Virus record (IMG/VR): IMGVR_UViG_3300047548_001509
Location: 1-64,000 of that record
Reading direction: 5' to 3' (one strand)
Origin: a virus
DNA: 64,000 nt
In this document: positions 38,865 to 48,350 of the stretch, piece after piece
How the letters are laid out: each line of letters opens with the position of its first letter
Numbering within the stretch: the stretch's first letter is position 1
Notes under the pieces: model-generated
Databases searched by the model: none
Seen by the model: only the letters and a program-made list of their open reading frames with translations
What the model was told of the DNA's origin: nothing
Made by a program: the position numbers and the translations under genes

Positions 38865-40643
38865 ATGAGAACGTTAATAGCAACTGCAATTATCTTGGTA
38901 TCATCAGTATATGGACAAGATTACAATAAGCTTAATAATTATTCACAAGCTATTGATAATATCTTAGAGTCTCAATATCAGAAAGTTAAGCTTAAGGGTA
39001 ATCCAATAATCAATGATGATCAATTTGTACGAAGAGCATATCTAACAATTATAGGAAGAATTCCAACAGTTGATGAATATGATGCATTTATTACAAATAA
39101 TCTTCCAACAAAGAGACAGGAATTAATTAAACATCTTCTTAAACACCCGGGTTATACATCTCATATGTATAATTTCTGGGCAGATGCTCTTAGATTGAGA
39201 GAAAGATTATCACCAGTTAACAACTTCAATGGTGGTCCTTATATTCAATACATTAAAGATCAAATTAAGAAAAACGTTCCGTATACACAATTTGTTAAGG
39301 ATCTTTTACAGTCATCGGGGTTATATTACACTAATCCAGCAACGGGTTATTATTACAGAGATCTTGGAATGCCTCTTGATAATTTAATCGCAACAATGAA
39401 AGTATTTGGTGGTACAGACATTTCATGTGCTCAATGTCATGATGACCCTTTCCAAGATTTCTCTCAATTAGAGTTTTATGAACTTGCAGCATTTTTTGTA
39501 CAGACAGATCTAAGAAATAAAACTGATAAAGAAATGCAAGAGAAAGTTGCTTCTCTACGAAAAGAAGTTGATGAACTAATTAAGCAAGATCCAATGAAGA
39601 ATAGAGGTCTCAACAATCAGATTAATAATTTCGTTCGAGCAACTCAAACAGCTGTTGAGGTAATCGAAAATAAAACAATTAAGCTTCCGCATGACTATCA
39701 ATATACAGATAAAAAGCCAAATGAAGTAATACAACCAAAGTTTCTTAAATCATCTGGAGAAATAAAGAATAAACACGACTTAAGAATTGATGCTATTAAT
39801 TGGCTAACATCACCACAACATCCAACATTTACTAAAAATATATCTAACAGATATTGGAGACTCATTTTTGGCCGTTATATTATCGAAGAATTTGACAACA
39901 TTCAAGATTCTGCTGTACTATCTGGAGATTTAATGACCATGCTTCAGAAAATAATGATAGATTGTGGATATAATACACAGCAATTTTTATATGTACTTCT
40001 CAATACAAAGCTTTTCCAAAGAGAAATGTATGATGGTGCATATGCAAATTCTGAATCATTTGTCTTTATTGGTCCTGTAAAGCAAAGACTTTCAGCTGAG
40101 CAATTGTGGGATTCTGTTCTGTCTCTTACATTGGAAAAGCCAGAACAATTTCAAACAACATTCCAGATTGAATACTCAAAAATTATGCAGACTTATTTGG
40201 AAGACATGACAATTGAAGGTATCAAGAAAAAGCTTGATCAATACAATAAGGTCATGCAAACAAAATATGATGGTGCTCCTAAGTATAAAAATTACATGTT
40301 AGTCCGCGCTTCTGAGGTTAATGATTTAACAGGTTCTAACAATGTGATAAGTCAACTTGGTAGATCAGATAGAGAATTAATTCAAACATCTTCTCTCGAG
40401 GGATCTGTTACGCAAGTAATATCTTTCATGAATGGACAGATTGGGGAGATTGCAACATCAAAAGACTTGAGATTAATGCAATTACTACAGGGTAAATCAC
40501 CTGCTGATAAAATTGAGATTGTTTTCAAAGCAGTTCTTTCTAGAAAGCCAACTATTGCTGAGAAGTCTCAATTTGCTGGTGTTCCGGACGATGATATCAT
40601 CTGGGCGTTGATTAACACAAATCAATTCAAATTCACTAAATAA
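38865..40643 (+). CDS. DUF1549 + DUF1553 secreted protein
   Basis: Signal peptide; DDQFVRRAYLTIIGRIPT; CAQCHDDPF; NRYWRLIFGR; RLSAEQLWDS; DIIWALIN. Confidence 0.88.
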   Translation: MRTLIATAIILVSSVYGQDYNKLNNYSQAIDNILESQYQKVKLKGNPIINDDQFVRRAYLTIIGRIPTVDEYDAFITNNLPTKRQELIKHLLKHPGYTSHMYNFWADALRLRERLSPVNNFNGGPYIQYIKDQIKKNVPYTQFVKDLLQSSGLYYTNPATGYYYRDLGMPLDNLIATMKVFGGTDISCAQCHDDPFQDFSQLEFYELAAFFVQTDLRNKTDKEMQEKVASLRKEVDELIKQDPMKNRGLNNQINNFVRATQTAVEVIENKTIKLPHDYQYTDKKPNEVIQPKFLKSSGEIKNKHDLRIDAINWLTSPQHPTFTKNISNRYWRLIFGRYIIEEFDNIQDSAVLSGDLMTMLQKIMIDCGYNTQQFLYVLLNTKLFQREMYDGAYANSESFVFIGPVKQRLSAEQLWDSVLSLTLEKPEQFQTTFQIEYSKIMQTYLEDMTIEGIKKKLDQYNKVMQTKYDGAPKYKNYMLVRASEVNDLTGSNNVISQLGRSDRELIQTSSLEGSVTQVISFMNGQIGEIATSKDLRLMQLLQGKSPADKIEIVFKAVLSRKPTIAEKSQFAGVPDDDIIWALINTNQFKFTK

Positions 40644-40647
40644 TACT

Positions 40648-40854
40648 ATGACAAAAACTGACCAGCGTTTAATTTGGGAAGCTTATGTGGATTCATTTGA
40701 AGATAGTGAACTTCAAATGGGTATTGAAGTAGAAATGGAGCATACAGATGACCCAAAGATTGCTGAGCAGATTGCCAGGGACCACCTTGCTGAAAATCCA
40801 ACGTATTATACAGACTTAAAAAGATGTGAAGATCAAACAGGAAAAAAATTATGA
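40648..40854 (+). CDS. DUF5661-like small protein
   Basis: LQMGIEVEMEHT..IARDHLAENPTYY. Confidence 0.7.
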   Translation: MTKTDQRLIWEAYVDSFEDSELQMGIEVEMEHTDDPKIAEQIARDHLAENPTYYTDLKRCEDQTGKKL

Positions 40855-42086
40855 ATAAACTAAATCGTCGCGAATTCGTTCTCAACCTAGCTGCTACAGG
40901 GTTGGGTGTTACTGTATTACCAACCATTAATGCTGCTCCAGCTCCACGAAAAGCTGAGCATATCATTTACTTGTTTATGAATGGTGGTATGTCACATCTT
41001 GATACATTTGACCCAAAAACAAATGAAGAAGTAAAAGGGGAATTTAATACCATTAAAACTAATACTGGAGCTGATATTAGCGAACATCTACCTAATTTAG
41101 CTAAACTTGGAGATAAAATGGCTATTATCCGCTCAATGATGGTTACAACTGGAGCTCACGAACAAGCTCAATATCTTCAGAGAACATCTTATAAAAAGAT
41201 TGGTACAATTGTTCATCCAAATTTAGGTGCATGGATGTGTAATGTTCAAGATGATAAGAAACTTCGTGCTATTCCACAGAATGTTCTTATTTCAGGACCA
41301 GCAGATCATCCAGGTTCAGGTTGGATGCCAAAGAAATATGCACCGGTTCCGATCCAAGATCCAATGAGAGGTCTTGAAAATTCTGCTTTGAAAAATAAAG
41401 ACGAGTTTTCAAAGCGTATTCAAATCCTCCAACAACTTGAAAAAGATTCTCTTAAAGCTATAAACCCACAACAAAAAGCTTACAGTGAGTTTTATGATCA
41501 AACAATTAGACTGCTCAATTCAACTGAGTTAGATGTATTTGATCTTTCAAAAGAAACAAAAGAAACACGCGATAAATATGGTGATAACCGTTTTGGTCAA
41601 GGTTGTTGTCTTGCAAAACGCCTTATTGAAAAAGGTGGTGTGAAGTTTATTGAAGTTCAAGATGGTGGATGGGATACACACGTTAATAACTTTGAAGCTC
41701 TTGAAACAAAACTTAAGATTTTTGATACAGCTATTTCTGCTCTTGTTGAAGATCTCAAGCAGTCTGGTTTGCTTGAAAAAACATTAATTGTCATTTCAAC
41801 AGACTTTGGTCGTACTCCTGTAATTAATGTTAATAATGGTCGTGACCACCACCCGGGTTGCTTTAGCGGATGTTTGATTGGTGCTGGAATTAAAGGAGGC
41901 CAAGTACATGGGACAACTGACGAAAAGGGAATGAAAGTTGTTGATAAGGTTGTGTCTGTGCAGGATTTTAATGCAACTATTGCAGCTGCAGCAAATATAC
42001 CTGTTGATCTTGTTCTTCACTCACCAGAAGGAAGACCATTTAAAGTCGCCGATAAAGGTGTACCAATTCAAAGTCTTCTAGTTTAA
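40851..42086 (+). CDS. DUF1501 protein with Tat signal
   Basis: NRREFV twin-arginine; IYLFMNGGMSHLDTFDPK; GGWDTH; DFGRTP; GRDH. Confidence 0.92.
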   Translation: MNKLNRREFVLNLAATGLGVTVLPTINAAPAPRKAEHIIYLFMNGGMSHLDTFDPKTNEEVKGEFNTIKTNTGADISEHLPNLAKLGDKMAIIRSMMVTTGAHEQAQYLQRTSYKKIGTIVHPNLGAWMCNVQDDKKLRAIPQNVLISGPADHPGSGWMPKKYAPVPIQDPMRGLENSALKNKDEFSKRIQILQQLEKDSLKAINPQQKAYSEFYDQTIRLLNSTELDVFDLSKETKETRDKYGDNRFGQGCCLAKRLIEKGGVKFIEVQDGGWDTHVNNFEALETKLKIFDTAISALVEDLKQSGLLEKTLIVISTDFGRTPVINVNNGRDHHPGCFSGCLIGAGIKGGQVHGTTDEKGMKVVDKVVSVQDFNATIAAAANIPVDLVLHSPEGRPFKVADKGVPIQSLLV

Positions 42087-42122
42087 TCTAGATATTTTAA
42101 TACAGTAACATAAATTAAATTT

Positions 42123-42935
42123 ATGAGCATACTTTGCTTGGGTAATGGTTTGGTTGGAAGAGAATTCCAAAGACGGGGTATTCAGTCCCTTGGAAGAGAA
42201 CTTATTAATATTACACATCAGGCTAGTGTGTTTGATAGTTATGCTTTGCAAGAACAATTAGATCAGTTTGATACTATTATAAATTGTATTGCATTTACAA
42301 ATACAAAGCCAAAAACAAAAGAAGACTTTTCATTTAACGTATTGGTTAATACCAATTTTGTTAGAGATCTTGCTATTTTTTGTGACGAACACAATAAAAA
42401 ATTGGTCCATATCTCAACCGGGGATATCTATGGAGATTCACAAAGACTTCGAATGTCTAAAGCATTTAAGGAGACAGATTCGACAATCGTGATGACAGAG
42501 TATTCTGCAGCAAAATACCTTGCAGAACAATTCATTGATAAAGATAAACATCTCATCTTAAGACCTCGTTTGATTTTTGGACCAGATAATCTGTCTAGTA
42601 ACTTAATAACAAAACTATACAAATATACATCATTTACCCCTTATATAAATTCATTCTGTTCAACACGAACATTAGTTGATGCTGCTCTCACACTAATAGA
42701 CAAGCAAGCAACGGGGGTGTTTAATGTATGTAACTCTGGTATCTCTACTATGTTGGAATTAGCAGAGATAATTAGAGATAAATTCGATAAGTCGAAAAAA
42801 ATAGAACATGCTCAGATTGATTCAATTAATAATGTTCTTGATATTAAGAAACTTTCACTATACTATAAACCAACTCCTATTGTTTTTGAATTTCAGGATA
42901 TCTATCCAAAATTTCTTGAAACCATAAAGGCTTAG
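42123..42935 (+). CDS. Second RmlD-like NAD(P)-dependent sugar reductase/epimerase
   Basis: GNGLVG, HISTGDIYG, YSAAK. Confidence 0.75.
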   Translation: MSILCLGNGLVGREFQRRGIQSLGRELINITHQASVFDSYALQEQLDQFDTIINCIAFTNTKPKTKEDFSFNVLVNTNFVRDLAIFCDEHNKKLVHISTGDIYGDSQRLRMSKAFKETDSTIVMTEYSAAKYLAEQFIDKDKHLILRPRLIFGPDNLSSNLITKLYKYTSFTPYINSFCSTRTLVDAALTLIDKQATGVFNVCNSGISTMLELAEIIRDKFDKSKKIEHAQIDSINNVLDIKKLSLYYKPTPIVFEFQDIYPKFLETIKA

Positions 42936-43446
42936 ATTTGTTTGTCCATGTAGCAAAAGGTTTGTCAAACACATAATAGTGTCTATATTTTTCTTTAGCA
43001 GAAAAATTTTCAAAACCACTAATCTTCCAACAATTTTTATCTTTGTTGATTGCTATTGCATAAGGTGTAATTGAACCACCTTCAACGCATGCATTACTTT
43101 TGTTTTTATCAACCCAATTAACAAAATCCCCAGTAAAATGTTCTTCTGACTGAGGCCATCTCTCATATCGTTCTCTTAACATAGTTTTTGTATGTTCAAG
43201 AAGCCAAAAAAAGTTTGCAGAGGTTTTACGAGCCCAAACAGACGAAGGGTGATTTGCGTAACCACCCTTCGATTTTCTAATTTTACCCGTTTTGGTACGT
43301 GGGCAGCTACTATGACTAAGTTGATCTTGATCAAAGCATGATTGAAGTGCAATTGCACTCTCAATAATCATTTTTGATCTAACATGCTTATCACATAGAT
43401 CTTTTGCTGCCTTGACTGGGTCATCGTCAAGGATAAAGATATTCAT
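42877..43446 (-). CDS. Pyrimidine-dimer DNA glycosylase-like protein
   Basis: MNIFILD..AA..CDKHV..KMIIE..NHP..W..YRHYY..K. Confidence 0.75.
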   Translation of the reverse strand: MNIFILDDDPVKAAKDLCDKHVRSKMIIESAIALQSCFDQDQLSHSSCPRTKTGKIRKSKGGYANHPSSVWARKTSANFFWLLEHTKTMLRERYERWPQSEEHFTGDFVNWVDKNKSNACVEGGSITPYAIAINKDKNCWKISGFENFSAKEKYRHYYVFDKPFATWTNKSKPLWFQEILDRYPEIQKQ

Positions 43447-43455
43447 CTTGTATAA

Positions 43456-44076
43456 TTACAATACGCCTCGGTTATTCTGAGCAAATTCAACGAATTTATA
43501 AAATTCAGCCCGGGATGCTCCATCAATATCATGGAAAGCTCCAGACACTCTCGCTGTGCGCATGCAACTAGGGTGCTTAATTCCGCGTGCTGAACAACAT
43601 GTATGATTTGCTTCAATCATTACTGCAACACCTTTATTATCAATGCATACACTATCGATAGTCTCGTGGATCTTCTTAGTAAGAGATTCTTGAACTGATG
43701 GTCTACGACTAATGTGGTCAACAATTCTATTTAATTTTGACAATCCTATCATTTTGCCATCTCGAGATGGGATATAAGCAACATGCGCATACCCAGAAAA
43801 GGTAAGCAGATGATGTGCGCAAAGTGATACTAATGGAATATTAGTTTGACATACCATTCCATCGTATTGTTCATCATTTGCAAAAGATGTAATAGTTGGT
43901 GGATCAGTAAAAAGGCCTTTCATAAGGTCATTAATCCAGGATTTAATAACTCTTTTAGGTGTGTCCTGCATATGTGGATCAGTATCCCAATTAATATTGA
44001 GAGACTTAAGTACATGACCCATATGGGTAGTAGCATCTATAATATTTTGTTCTGTAATATTAATTTTATCGATCAT
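43456..44076 (-). CDS. folE: GTP cyclohydrolase I
   Basis: DTPKRV, SLCAHHL, GLSKLNR, RRPSVQE, HTCCSARG. Confidence 0.95.
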   Translation of the reverse strand: MIDKINITEQNIIDATTHMGHVLKSLNINWDTDPHMQDTPKRVIKSWINDLMKGLFTDPPTITSFANDEQYDGMVCQTNIPLVSLCAHHLLTFSGYAHVAYIPSRDGKMIGLSKLNRIVDHISRRPSVQESLTKKIHETIDSVCIDNKGVAVMIEANHTCCSARGIKHPSCMRTARVSGAFHDIDGASRAEFYKFVEFAQNNRGVL

Positions 44077-44082
44077 AATATA

Positions 44083-44110
44083 ATATTATCTACTTTCCCA
44101 TAGATGTCAA
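44083..44110 (-). promoter_or_regulatory. Sigma70-like promoter of folE, 16-nt spacer
   Basis: TTGACA-N16-TAATAT, 6 nt before ATG. Confidence 0.6.
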
Positions 44111-44144
44111 ATATTTTTTTGATTGCCAATATATTATAATTGTT

Positions 44145-44297
44145 TCAGCTCCGAGTTCTTTTTAGGTTACACTCTGTATCTCTAATAGTCGATAAGTTAA
44201 ACATATTCATGTACTTTCGACAGGTTGTGTTATGTTGTCTTAGATGGGAGTTTGTTACCTCTTTAAATTCTCTGTTACATATTAAGCATCATCTCAT
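44145..44297 (-). pseudogene. Decayed zinc-finger ORF (MucR-like finger, typical of homing endonuclease N-termini)
   Basis: MR*CLICNREFKEVTNSHLRQHNTTCRKY..., stop at codon 3; TAAATA 5 nt upstream of the ATG. Confidence 0.55.
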
Positions 44298-44375
44298 CTA
44301 CATATTTACAGCGAATGGGTTATGATATCCACAACTAATACTAGTAATATTCTACTTTACTTACTAAATATCCAT

Positions 44376-44729
44376 ATGGAAAAATTCAAACAACTTTTTG
44401 AAGAAGCACAAAGATTAAATGAGAGTGATCAGATTTTTGGAAATGTTAAATTAATTCCAACACCGAATGATGTTGTTAAAGGCATTGGTAATTTATTAGC
44501 AAAACCTTTTAAAAAGGGCGTCGCACAACAATCTACACAACAATCTACTAACCAATTACAGCAATCTACTGACCAACAACAATCTCCAGTTCAAAGAAAA
44601 GAAAAAGGGACGATACTATATTTTAGAATGTATGATTCTAAATTACCAAACCCTCTTTTTATTAGATATGATAGGAGGACAAAGCATATAACCTTCATTT
44701 CAGAAAATGATTTCAAAAAAATGGTTTGA
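44376..44729 (+). CDS. Hypothetical late protein with QQST repeats
   Basis: Start re-assigned to ATG 44376 (TAAATA 5 nt upstream); MEKFKQLFEE N-terminus. Confidence 0.6.
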   Translation: MEKFKQLFEEAQRLNESDQIFGNVKLIPTPNDVVKGIGNLLAKPFKKGVAQQSTQQSTNQLQQSTDQQQSPVQRKEKGTILYFRMYDSKLPNPLFIRYDRRTKHITFISENDFKKMV

Positions 44730-44759
44730 TTTATTTAGGAAGTATCTCATAATTAATTT

Positions 44760-45437
44760 ATGAGTAATTTTATTTCAACAAAAGTTATTGAATTGGGTTC
44801 AAGTGCGTTCAGACAGTGGAGAGCAACACACAGCCATTGCCAATATATTCATGGGTACCAGCTTAAAGCAAAATTTTGGTTTACATGTAGTAAATTAGAT
44901 GAAAAGCACTGGTGTGCTGATTTTGGAGGTCTTAAGCCGTTAAAGGAAGCTTTGCAAGCAGTATTTGATCATAAATTACTCGTAGCAGCTGATGATCCCT
45001 GCCTTGAAGATTTTAAATCTCTCGAACAAAAAGGTGTTGTAAAATTGTCAATTTTTCCAAAGGGTGTTGGTATTGAAAGAGCTGCTGAATATTGTTTTGA
45101 AGTTGCACAAGATTTTATTCACCAGACGTATGGACCAAGAGTTCAAGTTAGTAGAGTAGAAGTATTTGAACACGAAGATAATTCAGCTGTTTATGAATCT
45201 TGTGCAAAATATGAAAAATATTTATCTAAAGTACAATCAATGATTGCAGAAGCAATTTCACAACCAGATGAAAACCCACAGGATGGAAGTGTAACCGGTA
45301 CTATGACCTCAATTGAAGAGTCTCCCTGGGGTACACCGGTTACAGAATTAACAGTCACACCACATCAGCCAGCACAGATCTCACAACAAGTAACCTCTGG
45401 TCGTGGTAATTGGTTTGCTGGTACTTCTTGGCAATAA
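44760..45437 (+). CDS. queD: 6-carboxytetrahydropterin synthase-like (QueD/PTPS) with low-complexity C-terminal tail
   Basis: HCQYIHGY, DFGGLK, FDHKLL, VEVFEH. Confidence 0.85.
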   Translation: MSNFISTKVIELGSSAFRQWRATHSHCQYIHGYQLKAKFWFTCSKLDEKHWCADFGGLKPLKEALQAVFDHKLLVAADDPCLEDFKSLEQKGVVKLSIFPKGVGIERAAEYCFEVAQDFIHQTYGPRVQVSRVEVFEHEDNSAVYESCAKYEKYLSKVQSMIAEAISQPDENPQDGSVTGTMTSIEESPWGTPVTELTVTPHQPAQISQQVTSGRGNWFAGTSWQ

Positions 45438-46199
45438 TTATTTTGCTAAATCAAGTACTTCAACAATGTGTTTGAGAATCTCAGAACGTACGATGTCTTC
45501 TGTAGTGAACTTTGCACAGAAGATATCATGTTCTTTTGATAGATCAGTATTAAAAGCATTAAACACCCTGCGAAATCCAGAATCTTTAATATCTGATTGA
45601 TTACAATCTCCTATTACGGCATACTTAGATTTATTACCAAAACGGGTTAGTATAGTTGCACATTCCTTAGGTGAGAAATTTTGTGATTCGTCCACAATTA
45701 CAAATGTTCTATGAAATGTTAGACCACGGCAGAAATTGACAGGTATACCTTTAATTAACCCGTGTTGAAAAAGATACTCCCCTGTACCATTTCTAGTTAG
45801 TTCATTTACTTTATCAATAAGAGGCATAGACCAAGGAAGAAATTTATCATCAATTTCACCAGGAAGTGAACCCATTTTATTATCAGCAGACTCAGCAATA
45901 GAACGAATATAAAAGATTTTATCAACATACCGCTCTTTAAGTGCTGTTAACGCGGCATAAACAGCTAGAAAAGTTTTGCCACTGCCTGCAGGACCATCAA
46001 TTAAAACCATTTTTGTTTTGTTTCTTTGCATCAAATGTAAAACATCCAGATGTCTCTGAGACAATTCAAAAGGTTGGTATATCTCAAAATTTGTTACCGC
46101 ATTTTGATTTAATGATGTGTATATGTCATCAACTAATATATCGTTAGTTTTTGACCCGTCAACTTTATGCGATTTACGTATCGCTTTTTTAGTAGACAT
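45438..46199 (-). CDS. phoH: PhoH-family ATPase
   Basis: GPAGSGKT, GSLPG, RGLTF, VDESQN, GDCNQSD, DIVRS. Confidence 0.93.
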   Translation of the reverse strand: MSTKKAIRKSHKVDGSKTNDILVDDIYTSLNQNAVTNFEIYQPFELSQRHLDVLHLMQRNKTKMVLIDGPAGSGKTFLAVYAALTALKERYVDKIFYIRSIAESADNKMGSLPGEIDDKFLPWSMPLIDKVNELTRNGTGEYLFQHGLIKGIPVNFCRGLTFHRTFVIVDESQNFSPKECATILTRFGNKSKYAVIGDCNQSDIKDSGFRRVFNAFNTDLSKEHDIFCAKFTTEDIVRSEILKHIVEVLDLAK

Positions 46200-46216
46200 A
46201 TAAGCTATTTAATAAT

Positions 46217-46244
46217 TTGACATTAGGAAACAGGTGATTATAAT
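46217..46244 (+). promoter_or_regulatory. Consensus sigma70 promoter of queE, 16-nt spacer
   Basis: TTGACA-N16-TATAAT, 5 nt before ATG 46250. Confidence 0.75.
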
Positions 46245-46249
46245 TAGTA

Positions 46250-47059
46250 ATGATTGATATTGATAAAGAGTTTTTAACTGTCGGTGGTGTAGGTGGGGAA
46301 CCAGAAATTTTTGCAACACTCGAGGGTGAAGGCAGATATGTTGGACAACCTTCAATTTTTATTCGAATGGCTACATGTAATTTAACATGTAGTGCGTGGG
46401 CTTCTCCAGACTCTCCAAATGGATGTGATTCATATGTATCATGGTCGGTTAAGAACAAAATTACATTTCGTAAGGCATTTGAAATCTTAGAAGGGTTGAA
46501 TGCAATTCAACGACTAAAAGATGGTTGGATTCTAAAACTCACAGGCGGTGAACCATTTATTAGACAAAAAGAGCTTTATAAATTTGTTCAAGCTCTTGGT
46601 CAGGAATATGGAATAAACAAACCAAAAATTGATTTTGAGACAAATGGTACAATAATGCCAGATTGTAAAATGTGGGGATGGGATGATTCCAATAGTTTCT
46701 CAAACCTATGGATTGATAATAATGTAACGTTTACTACTTCACCAAAACTATCTACAAATGGTGATCCTGAAGAAAAGACATACAAGCCAGAAGTACTTAG
46801 ATTTTTGAAGAAAAATTATGCATGTTTTAAATTCGTGATTACAGGGGAAAGAGACATTGAAGAAATTTGGAGAAAATACGTAGAAGATAAAGAAGGGATT
46901 AATATCACAAGGGATATGATTTGGTTTATGCCTTGTTGTGGTTCTCGACAGGAGCATATTGAAAGAGCAACTACAGTAGCAGAGTATGCGAAATCAATGG
47001 GTGTTAACTTTTCTCCAAGGTTGCATTTGATACTCTGGGACAAAAGTCTAAGAGTGTAA
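46250..47059 (+). CDS. queE: 7-carboxy-7-deazaguanine synthase (radical SAM)
   Basis: EIFATLEGEG, CNLTC-x11-CDS, LTGGEP, FETNGT, SPKL, SPRLH. Confidence 0.92.
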   Translation: MIDIDKEFLTVGGVGGEPEIFATLEGEGRYVGQPSIFIRMATCNLTCSAWASPDSPNGCDSYVSWSVKNKITFRKAFEILEGLNAIQRLKDGWILKLTGGEPFIRQKELYKFVQALGQEYGINKPKIDFETNGTIMPDCKMWGWDDSNSFSNLWIDNNVTFTTSPKLSTNGDPEEKTYKPEVLRFLKKNYACFKFVITGERDIEEIWRKYVEDKEGINITRDMIWFMPCCGSRQEHIERATTVAEYAKSMGVNFSPRLHLILWDKSLRV

Positions 47060-47077
47060 TTAACATCTAGGTAATTT

Positions 47078-47686
47078 ATGGTAATAACAAAAAAAATCGA
47101 TTTCGAGATGGCACATATTGTGCGTAACGCATGGTCTCGAAGATGTTCACATAGTATTCATGGTCATAGCTACACAGCAGAGATCATGATTGAATCAAAA
47201 GAGTTTGATAGTGGTGGAATGGTTATGGACTTTGGTCTTGTTAAAAAATATATTCACCCATTTATCGATTCCTTTGATCATGCAACTATGTTGTGGAATC
47301 AAGATGACCCAGAGATTATATCATTATTTGAGAACAAATTTGAACGTGTAATTGTATCACCATTTACATCTTCTTGTGAGCAACAAGCCCGGTATTTTTA
47401 TTGGATTATTAATGAAATTATTGAATATGTAAAAGTTATAGACCCACAAGTTTCAAACCGATATGTATCAGTTCGTGGTGTGAGAATACACGAAACCAAA
47501 ACAGGAAGTGCATTTTATACGTCACATAATGCAAAATCAGAAGATAACAAATTTAAGTATACAGATGTGTATAATGATATTGTAAGTATTAAATTTTCTG
47601 ATGGTATAATTAGTGAATGGCCTAAAGAAATACAACATATCTATCATGATATTTTTGATATAGATCCACAGAAACTAGGAAATTGA
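47078..47686 (+). CDS. queD: Second QueD/PTPS-family protein
   Basis: FEMAHIVR..CSHSIHGHSY, GMVMDFG, FDHA, IHET. Confidence 0.85.
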   Translation: MVITKKIDFEMAHIVRNAWSRRCSHSIHGHSYTAEIMIESKEFDSGGMVMDFGLVKKYIHPFIDSFDHATMLWNQDDPEIISLFENKFERVIVSPFTSSCEQQARYFYWIINEIIEYVKVIDPQVSNRYVSVRGVRIHETKTGSAFYTSHNAKSEDNKFKYTDVYNDIVSIKFSDGIISEWPKEIQHIYHDIFDIDPQKLGN

Positions 47687-47714
47687 TTACAATTGATAAA
47701 AAGTAATCAAAAAG

Positions 47715-48341
47715 ATGATTAAGCACAAAAGTAAAATACTTAAGCTAAATGCTAACTACATGCCTATTGATGTGGGTGATTGGAAAGATATTATGGTTAA
47801 TATCGTTTCTGGTGCCGCATATCCTGTAGATGTGCAGTATGCTCAAGATGAAGATGGAAAGTATACCAATAAAATTGAATCTTTCTTCCCAGTAAAATCT
47901 TGGAAAGACTGGGAAGAACTTTCTATTAGAGAATGTGACGAGTATGTTATTGGCGCTACAAAGACTTACAGGTTACCTGTTGTTGTAATTTGCTCAAGAT
48001 ATGATCAGGTTAGATGGGGACATTCAGTATTCCCAACTAGTAGAAACATTTATAAGAGAGATAATTATACATGTCAGTATACTGGGAAAAAATTACAAAA
48101 ACATGAGCTGTCTGTAGACCACATTATACCAGTCTCAAAAGGTGGTCAAAATACCTGGACTAATCTTGTTTGTTGTGATAGGGAATTAAATAGTTGGAAA
48201 GGTTCACGTACCCTAAAAGAATGTGGTCTTAAGCTGATTAATAAACCTATTCAACCAACAAATGGTGTTAATAGGGTGTTCGAATTCATGAAAGATGAAT
48301 GGAATATTTTTCTTGGTGGAGATTACGACAGTACATATTAA
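47715..48341 (+). CDS. HNH endonuclease
   Basis: RDNYTCQY..SVDHIIPVSKGG..WTNLV..N..K. Confidence 0.88.
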   Translation: MIKHKSKILKLNANYMPIDVGDWKDIMVNIVSGAAYPVDVQYAQDEDGKYTNKIESFFPVKSWKDWEELSIRECDEYVIGATKTYRLPVVVICSRYDQVRWGHSVFPTSRNIYKRDNYTCQYTGKKLQKHELSVDHIIPVSKGGQNTWTNLVCCDRELNSWKGSRTLKECGLKLINKPIQPTNGVNRVFEFMKDEWNIFLGGDYDSTY

Positions 48342-48350
48342 AATAAGGTT

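Noticed and set aside
44140-44375. Plus-strand ORF 44140..44325 and the 44322 start
   Set aside because: The former is the antisense shadow of the zinc-finger relic; the better start is ATG 44376.
44526-44586. Short tandem repeats (CAACAATCTAC-like) as a CRISPR or other array
   Set aside because: In-frame coding repeats (QQST) with no spacers.
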